Source: Amphiscolops sp. MND2022
Lineage: Eukaryota
Length of the DNA stretch: 64,000 bases
Direction of reading: 5' to 3'
Assembly: GCA_964187785.1 (NCBI GenBank)
Contig: OZ076415.1
Location: 70,370,001 to 70,434,000, forward strand
Shown: positions 32,631 through 46,800 of the stretch, piece after piece
Layout: every line of letters starts with the position of its first letter
Numbering within the stretch: the stretch's first letter is position 1
Translations under genes and position numbers: made by a program
Notes under the pieces: generated by a model
Databases searched by the model: none
The model's input: only the letters and a program-made list of their open reading frames with translations
Told to the model about the DNA's origin: nothing

Positions 32631-35600
32631 CCCCACTTAAGGCTCAAAAAGCACAAAATTTTTGAAAGAAGCTGAGATCTTTTTCAAAGAATGATGTAAG
32701 AAACAAATGTAAGAGTGCGGAAAACACCCAAAAAGAAACCTTTTCGCTCGGCAAACGTTTTTCGGGGACCCTTTGGTCCCAAATAATATTGAGGATAGTG
32801 TGTCCCCTTTAGCCTCGTTAGGTACTCTATAAAATGGATGCGTAAAATCTGTAATAAGATGACAATTCAGTGTGATTTCTCTGGTCTAACGAAAAAGAAC
32901 CTGCATAAAATCATAAGGAACACACCTGAAAACGAAAACGCTTTTCAATGCAGAAATATCAAAACAAATATGAAAAAAGGTTTCCACAAAAACCCACAGA
33001 GTGCCGCAGGTACTTTCGCAGATTGGTGAAAGTGTTTTAAAAAGTCTGACGGCAAGGGTTCAAACCCACGGGTCGTCTGCGTGTGAAAAAAGAACCGTAA
33101 CCACTGAACCACTTGGTGGACGCCACAGGAGTGTCGGGCAGGATTGTACAAAAAGTATGCACTGAAAAAAATTTAGTCAGTGTATTGGTCAGCTTTTTTG
33201 TAACGTCAACCAGTCCATGAACGAAATTTTTGAAAATTTCGAAGTATCACACAAAATGAAAATGGTCGACCTAGCAGGTACTTCGAATCAGTCTGGAATA
33301 CAAAAAAAAAAGAAAACAAGACAGCCCTCAACCCGAGAGAACACACACGCTAGCCCCATACACGCAGAGACGCCCCGGAAAACTGAGAAGTCACCGTAAT
33401 AGTGTGTGCCAAAGGAGAACGTCACGGTAGAAAATTCCACCAAAAAAAATGCGGAAAACCCGAGAAGCAGACCTCCGACTTTTGAACCGATTATGCCCAA
33501 AACACAAAATTCGCTGAATTACGGTCCATGGTGGTGCTTTATTTGTAGCTATCCCGAGTTGCCAGTGGTACTTTTTCAGGTATTTTATGATGTATGATCT
33601 ACTAGATCAATATTTTAGATCTTATTCCGCAAATTCAATTCCGCATTTCAGCTAATTGCCATTTTTGGACCTGGGAAGTATGTAGAAAGTTGCAGGAACC
33701 TTAGGAAACGTTTTTACGTGCTTGTGGGACGTATCGGAACTTTGGGAGCTCTAAATTGAGGTGTCTCCTTGACGTATGAAAGGTCCCCTAGGAGACATTT
33801 TTGGGAGAAAGACTAGTGTCCAGGGTTGTAGTAAGGTAACGGTCTCCTGTTTAAGCAATCTAGGCAATGTCCCAGTTCAAAGATGTACGCTACTGGCTTG
33901 ACGTTTCATCTAGAATAGTTTTTATGGCGACCACAGGGGGATCCTTTTACCTTTTTCGTCAGTCTTTTGAGTTTTTCTGCTTTCCGGCACTGAAAGGTTC
34001 GGATATAGGAAAAGCCTACGGGAGGGTAGAAGATTGTTTTATTTTTTGTTGCGAATGTTAGTCTTTTTTCAAAAAGGACTTTCGCGTGCGTTTCCTGTGT
34101 GTTTAAGAGGTCTGGCAAATTGAATTGACAGTTTTAAGCGATGTACCCTATTTGACGGAACAGTACCTGTGAGAAACTCGTATTCGGCTTAATAGGATTT
34201 TGTTTTAAAAATTTTTGAGCCTTGTTTAGCTAATTGTTAATGTACTGGATATGTCAGGACGTGTAGTGAAGGCTCCGATTGTTTTGGACGAGTTTGCGAG
34301 CATGGTGAAGACACTTCCCCACTTAAGGCTCAAAAAGCAGAAAATTTTTGAAAGAAGCTGAGATCTTTTTCAAAGAATGATGTAAGAAACAAATGTAAGA
34401 GTGCGGAAAACACCCAAAAAGAAACCTTTTCGCTCGGCAAACGTTTTTCGGGGACCCTTTGGTCCCAAATAATATTGAGGATAGTGTGTCCCCTTTAGCC
34501 TCGTTAGGTACTCTATAAAATGGATGCGTAAAATCTGTAATAAGATGACAATTCAGTGTGATTTCTGTGGTCTAACGAAAAAGAACCTGCATAAAATCAT
34601 AAGGAACACACCTGAAAACGAAAACGCTTTTCAATGCAGAAATATCAAAACAAATATGAAAAAAGGTTTCCACAAAAACCCACAGAGTGCCGCAGGTACT
34701 TTCGCAGATTGGTGAAAGTGTTTTAAAAAGTCTGACGGCAAGGGTTCAAACCCACGGGTCGTCTGCGTGTGAAAAAAGAACCGTAACCACTGAACCACTT
34801 GGTGGACGCCACAGGAATGTCGGGCAGGATTGTACAAAAAGTATGCACTGAAAAAAATTTAGTCAGTGTATTGGTCAGCTTTTTTGTAACGTCAACCAGT
34901 CCATGAACGAAATTTTTGAAAATTTCGAAGTATCACACAAAATGAAAATGGTCGACCTAGCAGGTACTTCGAATCAGTCTGGAAAACAAAAAAAAAGAAA
35001 ACAAGACACCCCTCAACCCGAGAGAACACACACGCTAGCCCCATACACGCAGAGACGCCCCGGAAAACTGAGAAGTCACCGTAATAGTGTGTGCCAAAGG
35101 AGAACGTCACGGTAGAAAATTCCACCAAAAAAATGCGGAAAACCCGAGAAGCAGACCTCCGACTTTTGAACCGATTATGCCCAAAACACAAAATTCGCTG
35201 AATTACGGTCCATGGTGGTGCTTTATTTGTAGCTATCCCGAGTTGCCAGTGGTACTTTTTCAGGTATTTTATGATGTATGATCTACTAGATCAATATTTT
35301 AGATCTTATTCCGCAAATTCAATTCCGCATTTCAGCTAATTGCCATTTTTGGACCTGGGAAGTATGTAGAAAGTTGCAGGAACCTTAGGAAACGTTTTTA
35401 CGTGCTTGTGGGACGTATCGGAACTTTGGGAGCTCTAAATTGAGGTGTCTCCTTGACGTATGAAAGGTCCCCTAGGAGACATTTTTGGGAGAAAGACTAG
35501 TGTCCAGGGTTGTAGTAAGGTAACGGTCTCCTGTTTAAGCAATCTAGGCAATGTCCCAGTTCAAAGATGTACGCTACTGGCTTGACGTTTCATCTAGAAT

Positions 35601-36005
35601 AGTTTTTATGGCGACCACAGGGGGATCCTTTTACCTTTTTCGTCAGTCTTTTGAGTTTTTTCTGCTTTCCGGCACTGAAAGGTTCGGATATAGGAAAAGC
35701 CTACGGGAGGGTAGAAGATTGTTTTATTTTTTGTTGCGAATGTTAGTCTTTTTTCAAAAAGGACTTTCGCGTGCGTTTCCTGTGTGTTTAAGAGGCCTGG
35801 CAAATTGAATTGACAGTTTTAAGCGATGTACCCTATTTGACGGAACAGTACCTGTGAGAAACTCGTATTCGGCTTAATAGGATTTTGTTTTAAAACTTTT
35901 TGAGCCTTGTTTAGCTAATTGTTAATGTACTGGATATGTCAGGACGTGTAGTGAAGGCTCCGATTGTTTTGGACGAGTTTGCGAGCATGGTGAAGACACT
36001 TCCCC
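32631..36005 (+). repeat. Near-identical 1.69-kb tandem duplication of a long HINE-like body
   Basis: CCCCACTTAAGGCTC at 32631 and 34317; both units end GAAGACACTTCCCC (34320, 36005). Identical short ORFs are offset by 1684-1686 bp. Confidence 0.92.
33047..33118 (-). other. tRNA-derived (Val-CAC-like) A/B-box cassette, not a functional tRNA; second copy at 34733-34804
   Basis: Minus strand: GTGGTTCAGTGGTTA (A box), TTCACACGCAGACGACC (anticodon-arm-like) and GGGTTTGAACCC (B box). No paired acceptor stem. Confidence 0.5.
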
Positions 36006-38099
36006 TCTATCGAACCTCTGACTGACTACGACACCCCCAGAACCGGCTTGATCTCTTTGTCCGCCTTTCTTTAGTAGCCCCTAAGGCTTTCCCCCGGCCT
36101 TACCTCACTAGTAGTAACTGAGAAAAATACGCAGTGGGTATTCTGATCGTTTGCTGAAAAATAATAGCGAGCTAGCTAAAACGCTTCAAATAGTTCGAAT
36201 TTCGACTTGGTATCTTTTGAATTGCAAATTGTTTAAGAAGAAGTTACGGCCAATAATAATACAATAAAAACGTTTCATATGACCTACCAAGTCAGTACCA
36301 GAAACGTTCACAAGTGTAAATTGTGAAAACTTTAAAAAATTCAAAGACTTTCTGGAAAAACACCAAATTTGGCAATTTGGACCATATTTGAGGAAGCCGA
36401 AGCCTTGCGCGTATGTTTCTAATTCTTCCGAGTAGCCCAAAAACCTTTTTTTCCGAGCTTGGTAGTACAAAAAAACTACTGCCGAGACGATTTCTAGCGT
36501 TCCCCAACATTGGAATTTTTACTTTCGACGTACTTTTGATTACATAGACCTGGGTGGAGTCCTGAGAGTTAAAAAATCAACAGTAACTATTGAAACAACC
36601 CCAGTACCCTGAATAAAGTTGGTACACATTTGTACACTACTGTTGAATGAACCGAGAACGTCTGATAACAGAAAAAGAAAAATTTCATGGTGAAAATACG
36701 TAATTTTGGTACTGTTTTTATGGTGTAAAAAGGTGCAACATGAAATTTTTTTGAGAGACTTTAATTGGAACCTACCGGGTATAAAGTTGCTAAAGCAGAA
36801 AACCGCGAGTGATTCCACTGGTTATAATGTGTTACAATGCATGTGTTATAATGCAGTTGATGAATTCACATAACACTACAACAGAGTTGTTGCAGTCACT
36901 GTTTTCCCCGATTGGCGTCGTAATGCCACCAGTGGTTGCCGAGAAATTGCGAAAAAAGTGATATATCTGCGACACATTTTGACTAGTGTCCCTGGAAAAA
37001 GCCAAAATTTCTACTGGTAAGAGCACCTCAAAACTGATAGCACCATCGTGTGGACCAACCGCAAGCAGTTACGTTGGTGGTGTACCTTTCGTTGCGCTAG
37101 CGTTACTAGTCACTGGGAAAATATAAACCCAGTTTCCCTCCAGAATCGTGTGAGATGCAAAAACCGACTTTTAGTAGTGCCTAGTGCAATATCTCCAGGA
37201 TATCCCAGCACCAAAATGTTTGCAGTTTCACACAACCAGCTCAGGATCCCGACGATTTGTGCATTTTGAGCAGCCTGCTACCACCCAACTTGGAGAATTT
37301 GTCTTTTTAGTGAAATTATACCAGAAAACGTGACACCATGGGTACATCATAGTTTTGTCTTTTCGGAGCACTAATCGTTTTGCAGGTTTTCTGTTACGTG
37401 GGTATAAGATACGCTTCCATACAATTTTTCAGATAGGTCGAAAGCCTAGGGGGCGATTTTGATAGAAAAGTGTGAATTTCACGACATTTTTCGAACAACA
37501 GTGTAAAGGCCCGGTACTTCATGTACAGTTAATTTTAGCACAATTTCTCCACGAATCATCTAGAATATTACGGGAGAAGAAAGTTTCAGGTCGCTAGCAA
37601 GACTAGAAGTGACTTTCATTTTCGTCAGACGTGCGTTTTGACAAAAAACAGATGATTTTGAATGCTTTTGCACAAAGACCGCTCAATTGTCGCTCTCTGA
37701 ACATGGAGGAAACCTTGTGAAGCCGTCACCTTTGCACTAGACACACGTGTTGAATTGTTCTGCGCAGTGGTTGAAGGTTAGACCACTTTACCATTCCTGA
37801 TCTGCCAAAAATAGTCTACGAGACGTGAAATTGAAAAACGCGAAAAACGCCTTTTCCATTTAACGGCTTTCAAAAACACCTGAGTGCAAACTATTGGCCA
37901 ATATCACGCATACGTAACCCAAAAATATGCCGTGAAAAACTAGCACGCGTTTGCAGGCACCTTTGGAAGTTTAGATTTTGTACGAAGTGCGTCTAAAAGC
38001 GGAAAAACAAGTAAACCAGTTACCATCACAGTTCAAATCTTGCTCGATCGTACAACAGTCGCACCCAGAAAAATTACTTGAAACTCAACGTCGTCCATT

Positions 38100-40650
38100 C
38101 GACTTGCCCCAAGGTCTATTCCCAATTCCCGTTTTTACCATGTAACCCCACTTGTGCTCTCTAACTAAAGAGCAGTGCGAGTAACCAGGAAACTTTGAGG
38201 GCGCGAATTGTCGTGATCACTTTTCTGATCATCAAAAGCTTTTTCAAAGGCCCAAACCTTTTTTGTTTGTTTATCTGCTCGTTTCCATACAATTGTTTAG
38301 CATGAAGTATAGTTTCGAGTTTCTTAGGGTTATCTTTTGAGTTGAATAATAGAAATACGCAAAAGAAAACTTCATAGGCTTTTTTCAATTAGCAGGAGGA
38401 AAATTTGTGTTTTGAGCAAATTGCTAGTATTCTACGCTAGCCTTAGCCTCCCGAGAGTGAAGACTCAAAAATCAAGTACTCATCACCACCTGTAGCAGTG
38501 ATCAGAGGTGAGCTAACAACTCTAGAAAGCAAAACTTGGATTGAGACTTTGCTAGAGGTAACACGGATCGAGAGCCTCATTGTCGAAGTTCCAACGGGGT
38601 AAGAGTTAGTGTACATTGAGTGAGTGCAGCGATTAACAGAAATTCGCTAGTCCTTTAGGAGTAAGGGTCGCAATACATCCATAATGTAGTGAATCCATCC
38701 GGTCCATAGACGAGTTAACACCAGCGCCACACAGCTTTCACGCCACCAATCTGTTCACAAACGACATGGAGCAAGTGTCCAGGCTGAGTTCATGCGCTAA
38801 GAACGCCACGGGTGGCATAATAGCAGATTCGATTTCAGAAGTTATGTCTGACAACTTATCGAACACTGAGGAAAACATGGAGATGGCGAATGTAAGCCCA
38901 TCCCGAATCGTCGCGAGCTTCCCCGACAGTGTTATAACAAGGGATGACGCCGAGGAGCATCCACAAAACACCTGACCTATACTGGATGCTACAAAAGAGT
39001 GTCAAGAAGACTGACCTAATTTTAACAGGAGACTAGCAACTGAGCAAGACAAATGTAAGTGGATTAGGGATGTAGTTACAACTAACTTAATTCCGCCCAG
39101 CCTAACAGTCAAAACAACATTATCAACAGAGGCGTCCTCGAGTTGACTAAGTCTTGAGAAAGAGATGTGATTTTTCATCAATACTTCCATAACTTCCACC
39201 CATACAGTTGATCGTTGGGAATTTGTCAAAAAGATTTGCGCTAATTTGTGTCTTGGTTTCATCAAGAAAAACAATATCAGCTTTAGTTTGCTGTAAGTTT
39301 TGATTTAATGCTAATTTACTATGACCATTCGGGCCATATATAATAATCTACAAGAGGGTGAAGCGAAGGTTAGTCATCATTTTTTGACACAGGGTCTCTG
39401 GAAGTTTGTGTTTGTACACCTCGCGCCTCATAAACTATGTACCTGTTTTTTATATGTTGGGCAGTCAACAGAATCCATTTCGTAGTTTCCGCTGCAATTG
39501 GCACACCTGGCAGGCTGATTCGTTCTGCATTTGTTGACAGAGTGCTCGCTGGAGCAATGTTTGCATGACACTTTCGAATGGCAATTGAAACTGACATGTC
39601 CGAACTTCTGATATCGGTAGCAGCGGATTGTTCGTATTCAGGGTGGTATGAGTTTGACCGATTGATACTACAAATGGTCAATGACAACCCCGTCGGTGGT
39701 TGCCTTGTCAAACTGGGCTTTTGTGGCAAACGTAAGTTTGACAGTTTGCAGTGATTTCTCATCGCTTTTGACAAATCGTTCGATTCGGACACATGGAAAA
39801 CTATCCGTCAGAGCTGAAGCCATGTCCGAGTCGAATAATTCTAATGGAACTAATTGTTTTACGGACGGCTTTGTGGTGTTCATTCTTGTCACTAACTCTC
39901 CAAGCGGATGAGTTGTCAAGCTTGCGTTTGATGATTGATAGGTCCTGTTTCATGGAATCCATAATTTGTACCTTAATTTTTCTAATTTTACTAGTTTTTT
40001 CTGTTGTTGAATTATGGCATTCATGGTTTACCAGACCTTAAAAGAGCGACCCTGAAGGTGCTTGTCTTCGCATTTGGAGCGATACCAATGACCAGCGGCA
40101 TATTTGGAAAGTACTGTTATGTCCTTTACATCAAGGCCCACAGATCATCCATGCCACCACAATTCACATCCGTTGCAACATATTGAATTCTTTTCAGTTG
40201 TCTCAGCAATACTTTTTCATTTAGGGCAACAAAAATCACCCGAGAGTGACTAATTTCTGTTTTTTGGTCCCAATATGTCAGATCACTGCCCAATTGTAAG
40301 GTCTTCCAACCAACCAACCAACTAAGACTTCTGAAGACTCAGCAAAAAAAAACAGATCACTAACCTACTGAAGCACTTTCAGTTGTCGGAGCTTCTTTCC
40401 TATTCACTGATTCGGTTTCTTCCTTATCGTTTTATCTGGTTTGAACCTCTGTACGTGATACCGGTGATTCCCGATTATAGATAGGAGCTTGAATTCTAGA
40501 GCTGCCGATGGATGCACTTGTTTCAAGTCGGACATTATTGTGCTGTCTTTGCCTTGCCTCTGAGGCATTATTTTTCTAATAGTGGCGTCGTTAGATTGAA
40601 CAACCTCCTTTTGATATCCCCAGTGCCCAGACGACCGCAGTAAACTATTG
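38100..40650 (-). pseudogene. Degenerate APE-type LINE (I/Jockey-like): ORF1 with three zinc knuckles plus endonuclease
   Basis: ORF1 IRCYRYQKFGHVSFNC, CKHCSSEHSVNKC and CANCSGNYEMDSVDC (about 39420-39640); APE-like LQQTKADIVFLDETKT (about 39250-39300). Ends are approximate. Confidence 0.75.
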
Positions 40651-40731
40651 CCGCAATTCTGTCCCTGAACAGCAGGAGATTTTCTATTAGCTGGTCGATC
40701 GAACTTGGCTGATAGCTAATGCTTGGATTCT

Positions 40732-40808
40732 GAACGCTCCGGCGACAGACGTTTCGGCGACAATATGGCGGCGGACGTTACAGCGACAAAAGTGTCGCCG
40801 GAACGTAC
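40732..40808. repeat. Foldback cluster of GACGTTCCGGCGACA repeats
   Basis: Three direct copies (40732, 40748, 40774) and one inverted copy (40793-40808); a further copy at 43104. Possibly a subterminal repeat of the adjacent MULE. Confidence 0.6.
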
Positions 40809-40899
40809 TCTAAATTGATAAAAACCAAAACGAATACGAGTTAACATTGGATTATTTTAACGGAATGGAATGTATAAAGACTCAAAACGAATGGTTATC

Positions 40900-41830
40900 A
40901 ACAAATTACTAAAGTCGATGTATACAGAACGAAATGAGTTTTAATAGCTGAGTAGTTGTAATGAAACATTCCTCATTGGAGCTCCACAAACTGATAAAAT
41001 CAGCATGAACTTCCTTCGAGTCTTTACGTTGATATCGGTCCTTTTGTTAACTTTTCCGCCGTTATCGTAACCAACTTTGCCTCATCAGCTAGAAGCTGTA
41101 CCTAAAGGTGAAACAGCACTGAGTTGCGTCCCTCGGCTTTTGAATCCAAACGTCTGTGATATCCTTCACTTTCATTGTTGGTTCGTTTGAAGCAGCCTAC
41201 GAGCAATTTTATCAAAAAGACTTCAAACACAATGCTATAACCAGGTACTTATTTAGTTTTCAAACAAAGCAGAAATGAGTGGATCAGCAATAAATGATTT
41301 ACAAAAGACTCAAACTCGGGTTTAATGCACACAACAGAAGAAATTAGGCTCAATAATTTCCGACATCTGTCTTGTGTCCCAGTATCATTCTGATAACGAA
41401 TTTCCAAACCAAGATCTGAATTTTTGATAAAAACCGGACAATGGTGAAATAAACAACCGTTTATTTGAGTGCTAGGGTATGCAACACGAGAAGCAGTCCA
41501 TAATGCCGCTTCAAAGTCGACAATACTTTCCAGTGAAGAAAATCCATGTATCGATCATTTGTTTTCTGCAGAATTTCCACATAATGGGATTTGCGACTGT
41601 TGGACATTAGAAGATTCAGCAATGGAAAATGTTCATACTTACTATCACAAGTGATAAAAGCATGGTTAATCGAAAGGTTGATGAACGGCTTGCGTACAAT
41701 CTTAAACGTCCCTCTAACAAATAAATGTTGAGCAGATCTCAGTAGTTGTACTTGCTCGGGAGTTGCAAAAACAAGTTGCCGTTAACGCCAGACTTTCATA
41801 TTCGCCTGCAAAAAGTCAGGAACGCGCTCT
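40900..41830 (-). pseudogene. Mutator/MULE transposase relic
   Basis: Hand translation gives QLLRSAQHLFVRGTFKIVRKPF (first Asp lost), IVDFEAALWTASRVAYPSTQINGCLFHH (second Asp and CxxH), CRKLLSL and RTNNESEGYHRRL (catalytic Glu motif). Confidence 0.8.
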
Positions 41831-41949
41831 CCGTTTAACGTAAAAAACAACAACGGTCGCTTTGACGTGCTCGATTAATGCCTCGAACTAACGCTGATGT
41901 TGTAGTTGATGTTAAGTTTTCTTCCGCTATTTTAGACTCGGATCCGGCT

Positions 41950-43070
41950 TACTCAAAGACATTCAGCTTTGCTCTGACTTGACTCGAACGATACACAATA
42001 CCTTGCTAATTCAAAGTCATGTGGGTGACTGTTTGGTCTTGGTCCAAGCTTGGTTCATTTCCGTCCTGCACAATTGTTGCCCTGCAATAACAATTCGCGC
42101 TCCTCACTGATATATTAACGCCAATATATTTTGTGACAAGATTTATGAGAGCGCAGCCTTACATATCCAGGCAATGATCGGAAGATATTGTCAACTGCGT
42201 CTACACAATGCATTCAGACAGATTCTTTATCATCATGGTCAAGGATAAATGGTCTATTTTTTCAACCTTCCAAGTGCCAAATCATGTCTTTTGGATATGC
42301 AATTAGCAGTCCTCTGATGTTAAACGAGACTACGCTTGAGGTTTTGAGGTCTGAAATAAAGATCCTGGGCATTGTTATCAAGTGCTAACCTTACCTGGAA
42401 CAATCAATTTGACTACCGGATTGCAAAACGCACAAAATAGTGAATTCCTTCAAGCGCAACTGGCCCCTTGCACTATCTGTTGTTCGAAAGCTATATACCG
42501 CTATTATACCGCATTTCAATTGTACCGATATTACTATATGCCTCATGTAATTGCCACCCTATCTTTGTGAGTTTAAAAAGACCTGAAAAGTTCCAGCGCT
42601 TGTGTTTTCCGTGGATTTTAGGAAATAGATTTTTATTTGAAAACAATTACGTTTCATCCTTAAATAACTTAAACTGCTGCCAGTATGTTCCCAAGTAATT
42701 CACGCGGACATGAGGCTGCTCTGGAAGATGGTAAATAGCAAATGCGACGGTGACACTGAATTCTTTTGTGTCAACACATCGGCTCGATCAGTGGAACTTT
42801 GATTACTAGAGAAGTTCCGCTCAGAACCGAGCTTTTTTGTCCGTGCTCAACGTGCTGCGAACGTGCTGCTAAAGATGAATGTAGTTCAGCTTGACACCCC
42901 TCTATCTACCTTCTTGAAAAAACTGAATGCCTTTTTGCAATGCAAAATTGATACTTTTGACTCGAATACTGCTCGCATTTTTAAATCTGAGTTGTTACTG
43001 TACTACTTGTCGTTGCTAAGCCAGTTCTCTTTTTCTTTTGTGCAGTGCTTGTAATCGATTGTTGTGCTTC
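41950..43070 (+). pseudogene. CR1/L2-like LINE reverse transcriptase C-terminal relic
   Basis: WSRINGLFFQPSKCQIMSF (42188-42388) and LLYRISIVPILLYAS...EKFQR (42468-42698). Ends are approximate. Confidence 0.7.
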
Positions 43071-43886
43071 AGGGGATTGTTTGAGTGATTGATGTATTTC
43101 AGGGACGTTCCGGCGACAACGTATTGAATGTATCAATGAAGTCTTGTTCCTTTTGCTTCTATGGGGTGAAAATGAATTATTTATAACATCGTGTCAAATA
43201 ATAAATTTATTAACTTTACTGAGAGCTCGAGATCTCTCTAATCAAGAGATCCTCGATTAGAAGGTTTTGAAGAACTTTATGACGGTTGATGGCTTGATCG
43301 TTAAAGCTAAGCCCTGGTACCGATTAGCAGCTGCGAGCAAAGATTTTTTTAGTTTTGAAAGGGATAGAATAAAGAGTTCGGTACAAAGAAAAGCGTCAAT
43401 ACAATATACCATGTAATTTTTAATGAGAGGGGTGTGTGCCAAATGATAAGAAACAGAAAAGGAACGAACTAACGATTCTTGAAAGAAGCCAAATTGACAG
43501 GACAGACCAGCCGAATAGTCTCAGAGAACAGAGTGTGATGATTGCACAGAGCCTGATTCCAGTGGAAGGTGAACAATCAATCCAATCTCTGAACCGTTTC
43601 ATCCAATTCATCACAACAATTAAGTATTAGCAATAGTAAGAAGATTTTTGAAATTATTTCGTTATCTAGTTTCAATCCTCTTCTTTGTCAGGATGGATTG
43701 AAAGCATAGGCTATGCAAGATTAAAGGAGTTAATCAAAATCATCTCGTTTCTCTGAAACAAAAATTTGTTTTTTTGCTCTAGTTGCGAATAAATATCATT
43801 TGCAAATAATTTTAACCTAGTTAATTTTTTAATCTCTGGAGCCGGCTTTTTATGGAGTCTTAGGGACAAAACATCCGGAGCTATAG

Positions 43887-46800
43887 TGTTGGGGCCTGAA
43901 CTCCTGATCGTGTCTGGGTTGTCGAATTTTTGAACATTGAATTTTGTCAATACTGTAATTTGAAATGTGTAATGAGAAAGTGATTCAGTCAAGTGAAGAT
44001 AAAAATAACAGGGACGTGTTTACAAACAGCAAAAATAAAGTAAATTTCTTAACATTCCGAGGGTCGTTGGTGGTTGATGATGGCGAAGTACTGTGCTTGA
44101 TCATCTCTTGTGTCAAGGCAGCAGTTGAGAGGGCTCTAACCATCAGTTGCAGAGAAGCTGAAGGTCGTCATGGTCCTACTTGTAAAATAAACATAAAAGT
44201 AGGTAAAGTAAAATAATTGAGTTGTCAGGGAGGCGATGCTTGAATTGAGGATTGAAGTGACTGAATGACAAAGAGTTGCGATGAGAACTCATTGAAAGCA
44301 GGCTTGCGTAGGTTCTTGGTGAAGATATCAAGCAAGTTGTTCTTTTTGGAGACATAAGACAGTTGAAGGCGTTTGTCCTCAACCAGGTGACGGATGAAGT
44401 GGTGTCGGGTTTTATTGTATTTAGCACGTTTGTGGGCGAAAGGGTTGCCTGCCAGTACGAGTGCCCGTTGATTGTCACGACACAACGGAACAGCCGTGTC
44501 CACCGTCATGAAGCACAAGAATGTGAGCAGGCCTTGCAAATAGACTGCTTCCTGTGCAGCGAAAGAAGACGACACATACTCGGCTTCACAAGACCTAAGT
44601 GCCACGCACCCTTTTTGGACGCCTAAGAGACAACGTTACTAAACCGAATCAGTTTGAAGAGAAAACCCGAAGTTGACTTGCTATCAACTTTGTCGGTGGC
44701 CCAATCAGATTCCGAAAAACCAAAAAGTTCGAGTTTTTCAGAGCGGTTATTTACAAGAGATAGAGAATCGGTGCCTTTGACAAAACGGAGAAGGTGATTC
44801 AATGCACACCAATGGGCTTTACCGGTATTTGACACAAATTGCGCTAAGTTATAGACATCAAAGCAAATGTCAGAGCGACTAACAACGGACAAATACATTA
44901 CGTTTTCAACTAAGCTACGATATTGTTTCTGTGAAGTGAAAACTCAAGTGAAGTTTCACTACCTTTGATGGGCTGTCCAATTTAGACTGTTTCGTATGGG
45001 GTACACCTGGCGTTCTGACTGGTTTACAATCGGACATATGGTTTTTGCGCAAAATGTGCTTTATATGACAGCTGACTAAGAAAATGCGACCGCGTGACTG
45101 TTCAACATTGCATCCCAAAAACCAAGTCCTTTTTCCAAGATCATCGATGCTGAATGCATCCCTGAGTTTCGCTTTGAAACCATGCAGCATTTTGTCGCTG
45201 TTTGCAAAGTACAAAACGTCGTGGACTCAAACAAGTACAAAAAGTTCGGAACCATTGGTCCCATTGCAACAAAAAAGGCAACAATGCTCGGCCAATTGTT
45301 AAGGTTTTGTTCCGTTCCCTCCCTGTTTGCTTTAAACCATAAAGGAGTTTTTGAAGCTTGCAAAAAAGTAATTCACCATTAGCCCCCGCTTGCGCGAAGC
45401 CATCTGGTTGGTTTATGTCAAATTCATCAAGTTCGCATTGAGGAAGGCTGAACAGACGTCCAACTGAAATACGAAACTCAACCAAGAAGCAGCGCGCGCA
45501 AAACATATCCTCAATGTACAAGGTTTGACAGTACGCGCAAAAGTTTTATCGTGTTCGCTCCCAAAAACTTGTGAAATCTCTTGGGCTACGAAACGAGGCT
45601 TGAATTTCTCAACAGTTCCGTCGTCGTAAGGCCTAATTTTGAAAAGCCACAAGCTTCAAATTGCTTTTCGGCCCCGAGGAAGCAGAGAAAGCACCCAGAT
45701 CATTTCTCAAGGAGAGCAGTGTACTCCGTTCCAGTAGCTTCGATCCATTCGCTTTTAAGCGATGACTTCATTGCTTCACGCTAAGTAAGATTCTGTTATC
45801 CGTTGATTCTGACATCGCTGTTATCCGTTTAAAGAACGTAGTCGTCGATATACGGTGAAGGTGGGTTTGATAACTCTCCCAATTCGAGACCGAGAAAAAA
45901 CATTTCAGATGAAAAAACATCAACGGAGGAAGGAGTTGTTTCAGTTTCGAAATCCTTCAATGTTTCAGTCGGTAGAACAGGATCTGAAGACTTTTCGCAA
46001 AAAAAGGTATGTGTTTTAAGCAAAATTTGTTTTGGTGCCGGTTTTTCGGCTACAAATGCTAGGATGTTTTGACTTGGGTGCGCAGCAAAAGAGTCAAAAA
46101 AAGTCTCATCAAAGGAGACGTTGCGAGAAAACGAAGTCTTTTTAAAAGAAGAATTGTACAAAATGTATGCTTCGGAATCCTCAGAATAACCAACAAAAAC
46201 TTCTTTGGTGGCTTTATTGGAAAGTTTGTCTTTATTCGTTTTGATGTGTTTGAAAGCAGTACGTTTCCAAAAACTTTCAAATCGGAAAGATCTGGTTTTT
46301 CACCAAAGAACATTTCGAATGGCGTTTTACCTTTTGGTAAACTGTGAGGCAACGATTTGAAATGTAAAACGCAATGTGTGAGGTCCGAACCCAGAATTCA
46401 TTGCCGAGTTTGGCAGTATTTAGCATGCAGCGAGGCATTTCGCCTGTTGTTCGCCAGCGACATTCACTGATACCAATTTGCTGAGGCGAAAAATTGGCCT
46501 TAAGATATGATCACGTTTGATTCGGATTGATATACAAAAATATACAAAAACTCGCAAAGACTTGGATATGTACTCTTTCCAAATATGAGAATGGATTGCT
46601 CTGGGCACTCCCATTTGCGCACAAGCATTTTTGATTTTATCTAGGCACTCATCCTTCGATTTGAGGAAATATACCACTGAGTACCTGCTGTAGCTATCCG
46701 TAAAAGAAATCGCGTATCGATTACCATCAAGCGAAGTAGTTGGCATCGGTCCCAAAACGTCAGTGAAAACGAGATCAAGTTTCGAAGATTTGTTTCTCCA

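Noticed and set aside
33047-33118. Functional tRNA gene
   Set aside because: No acceptor stem pairing, and it is embedded in a repeat; kept only as tRNA-derived sequence.
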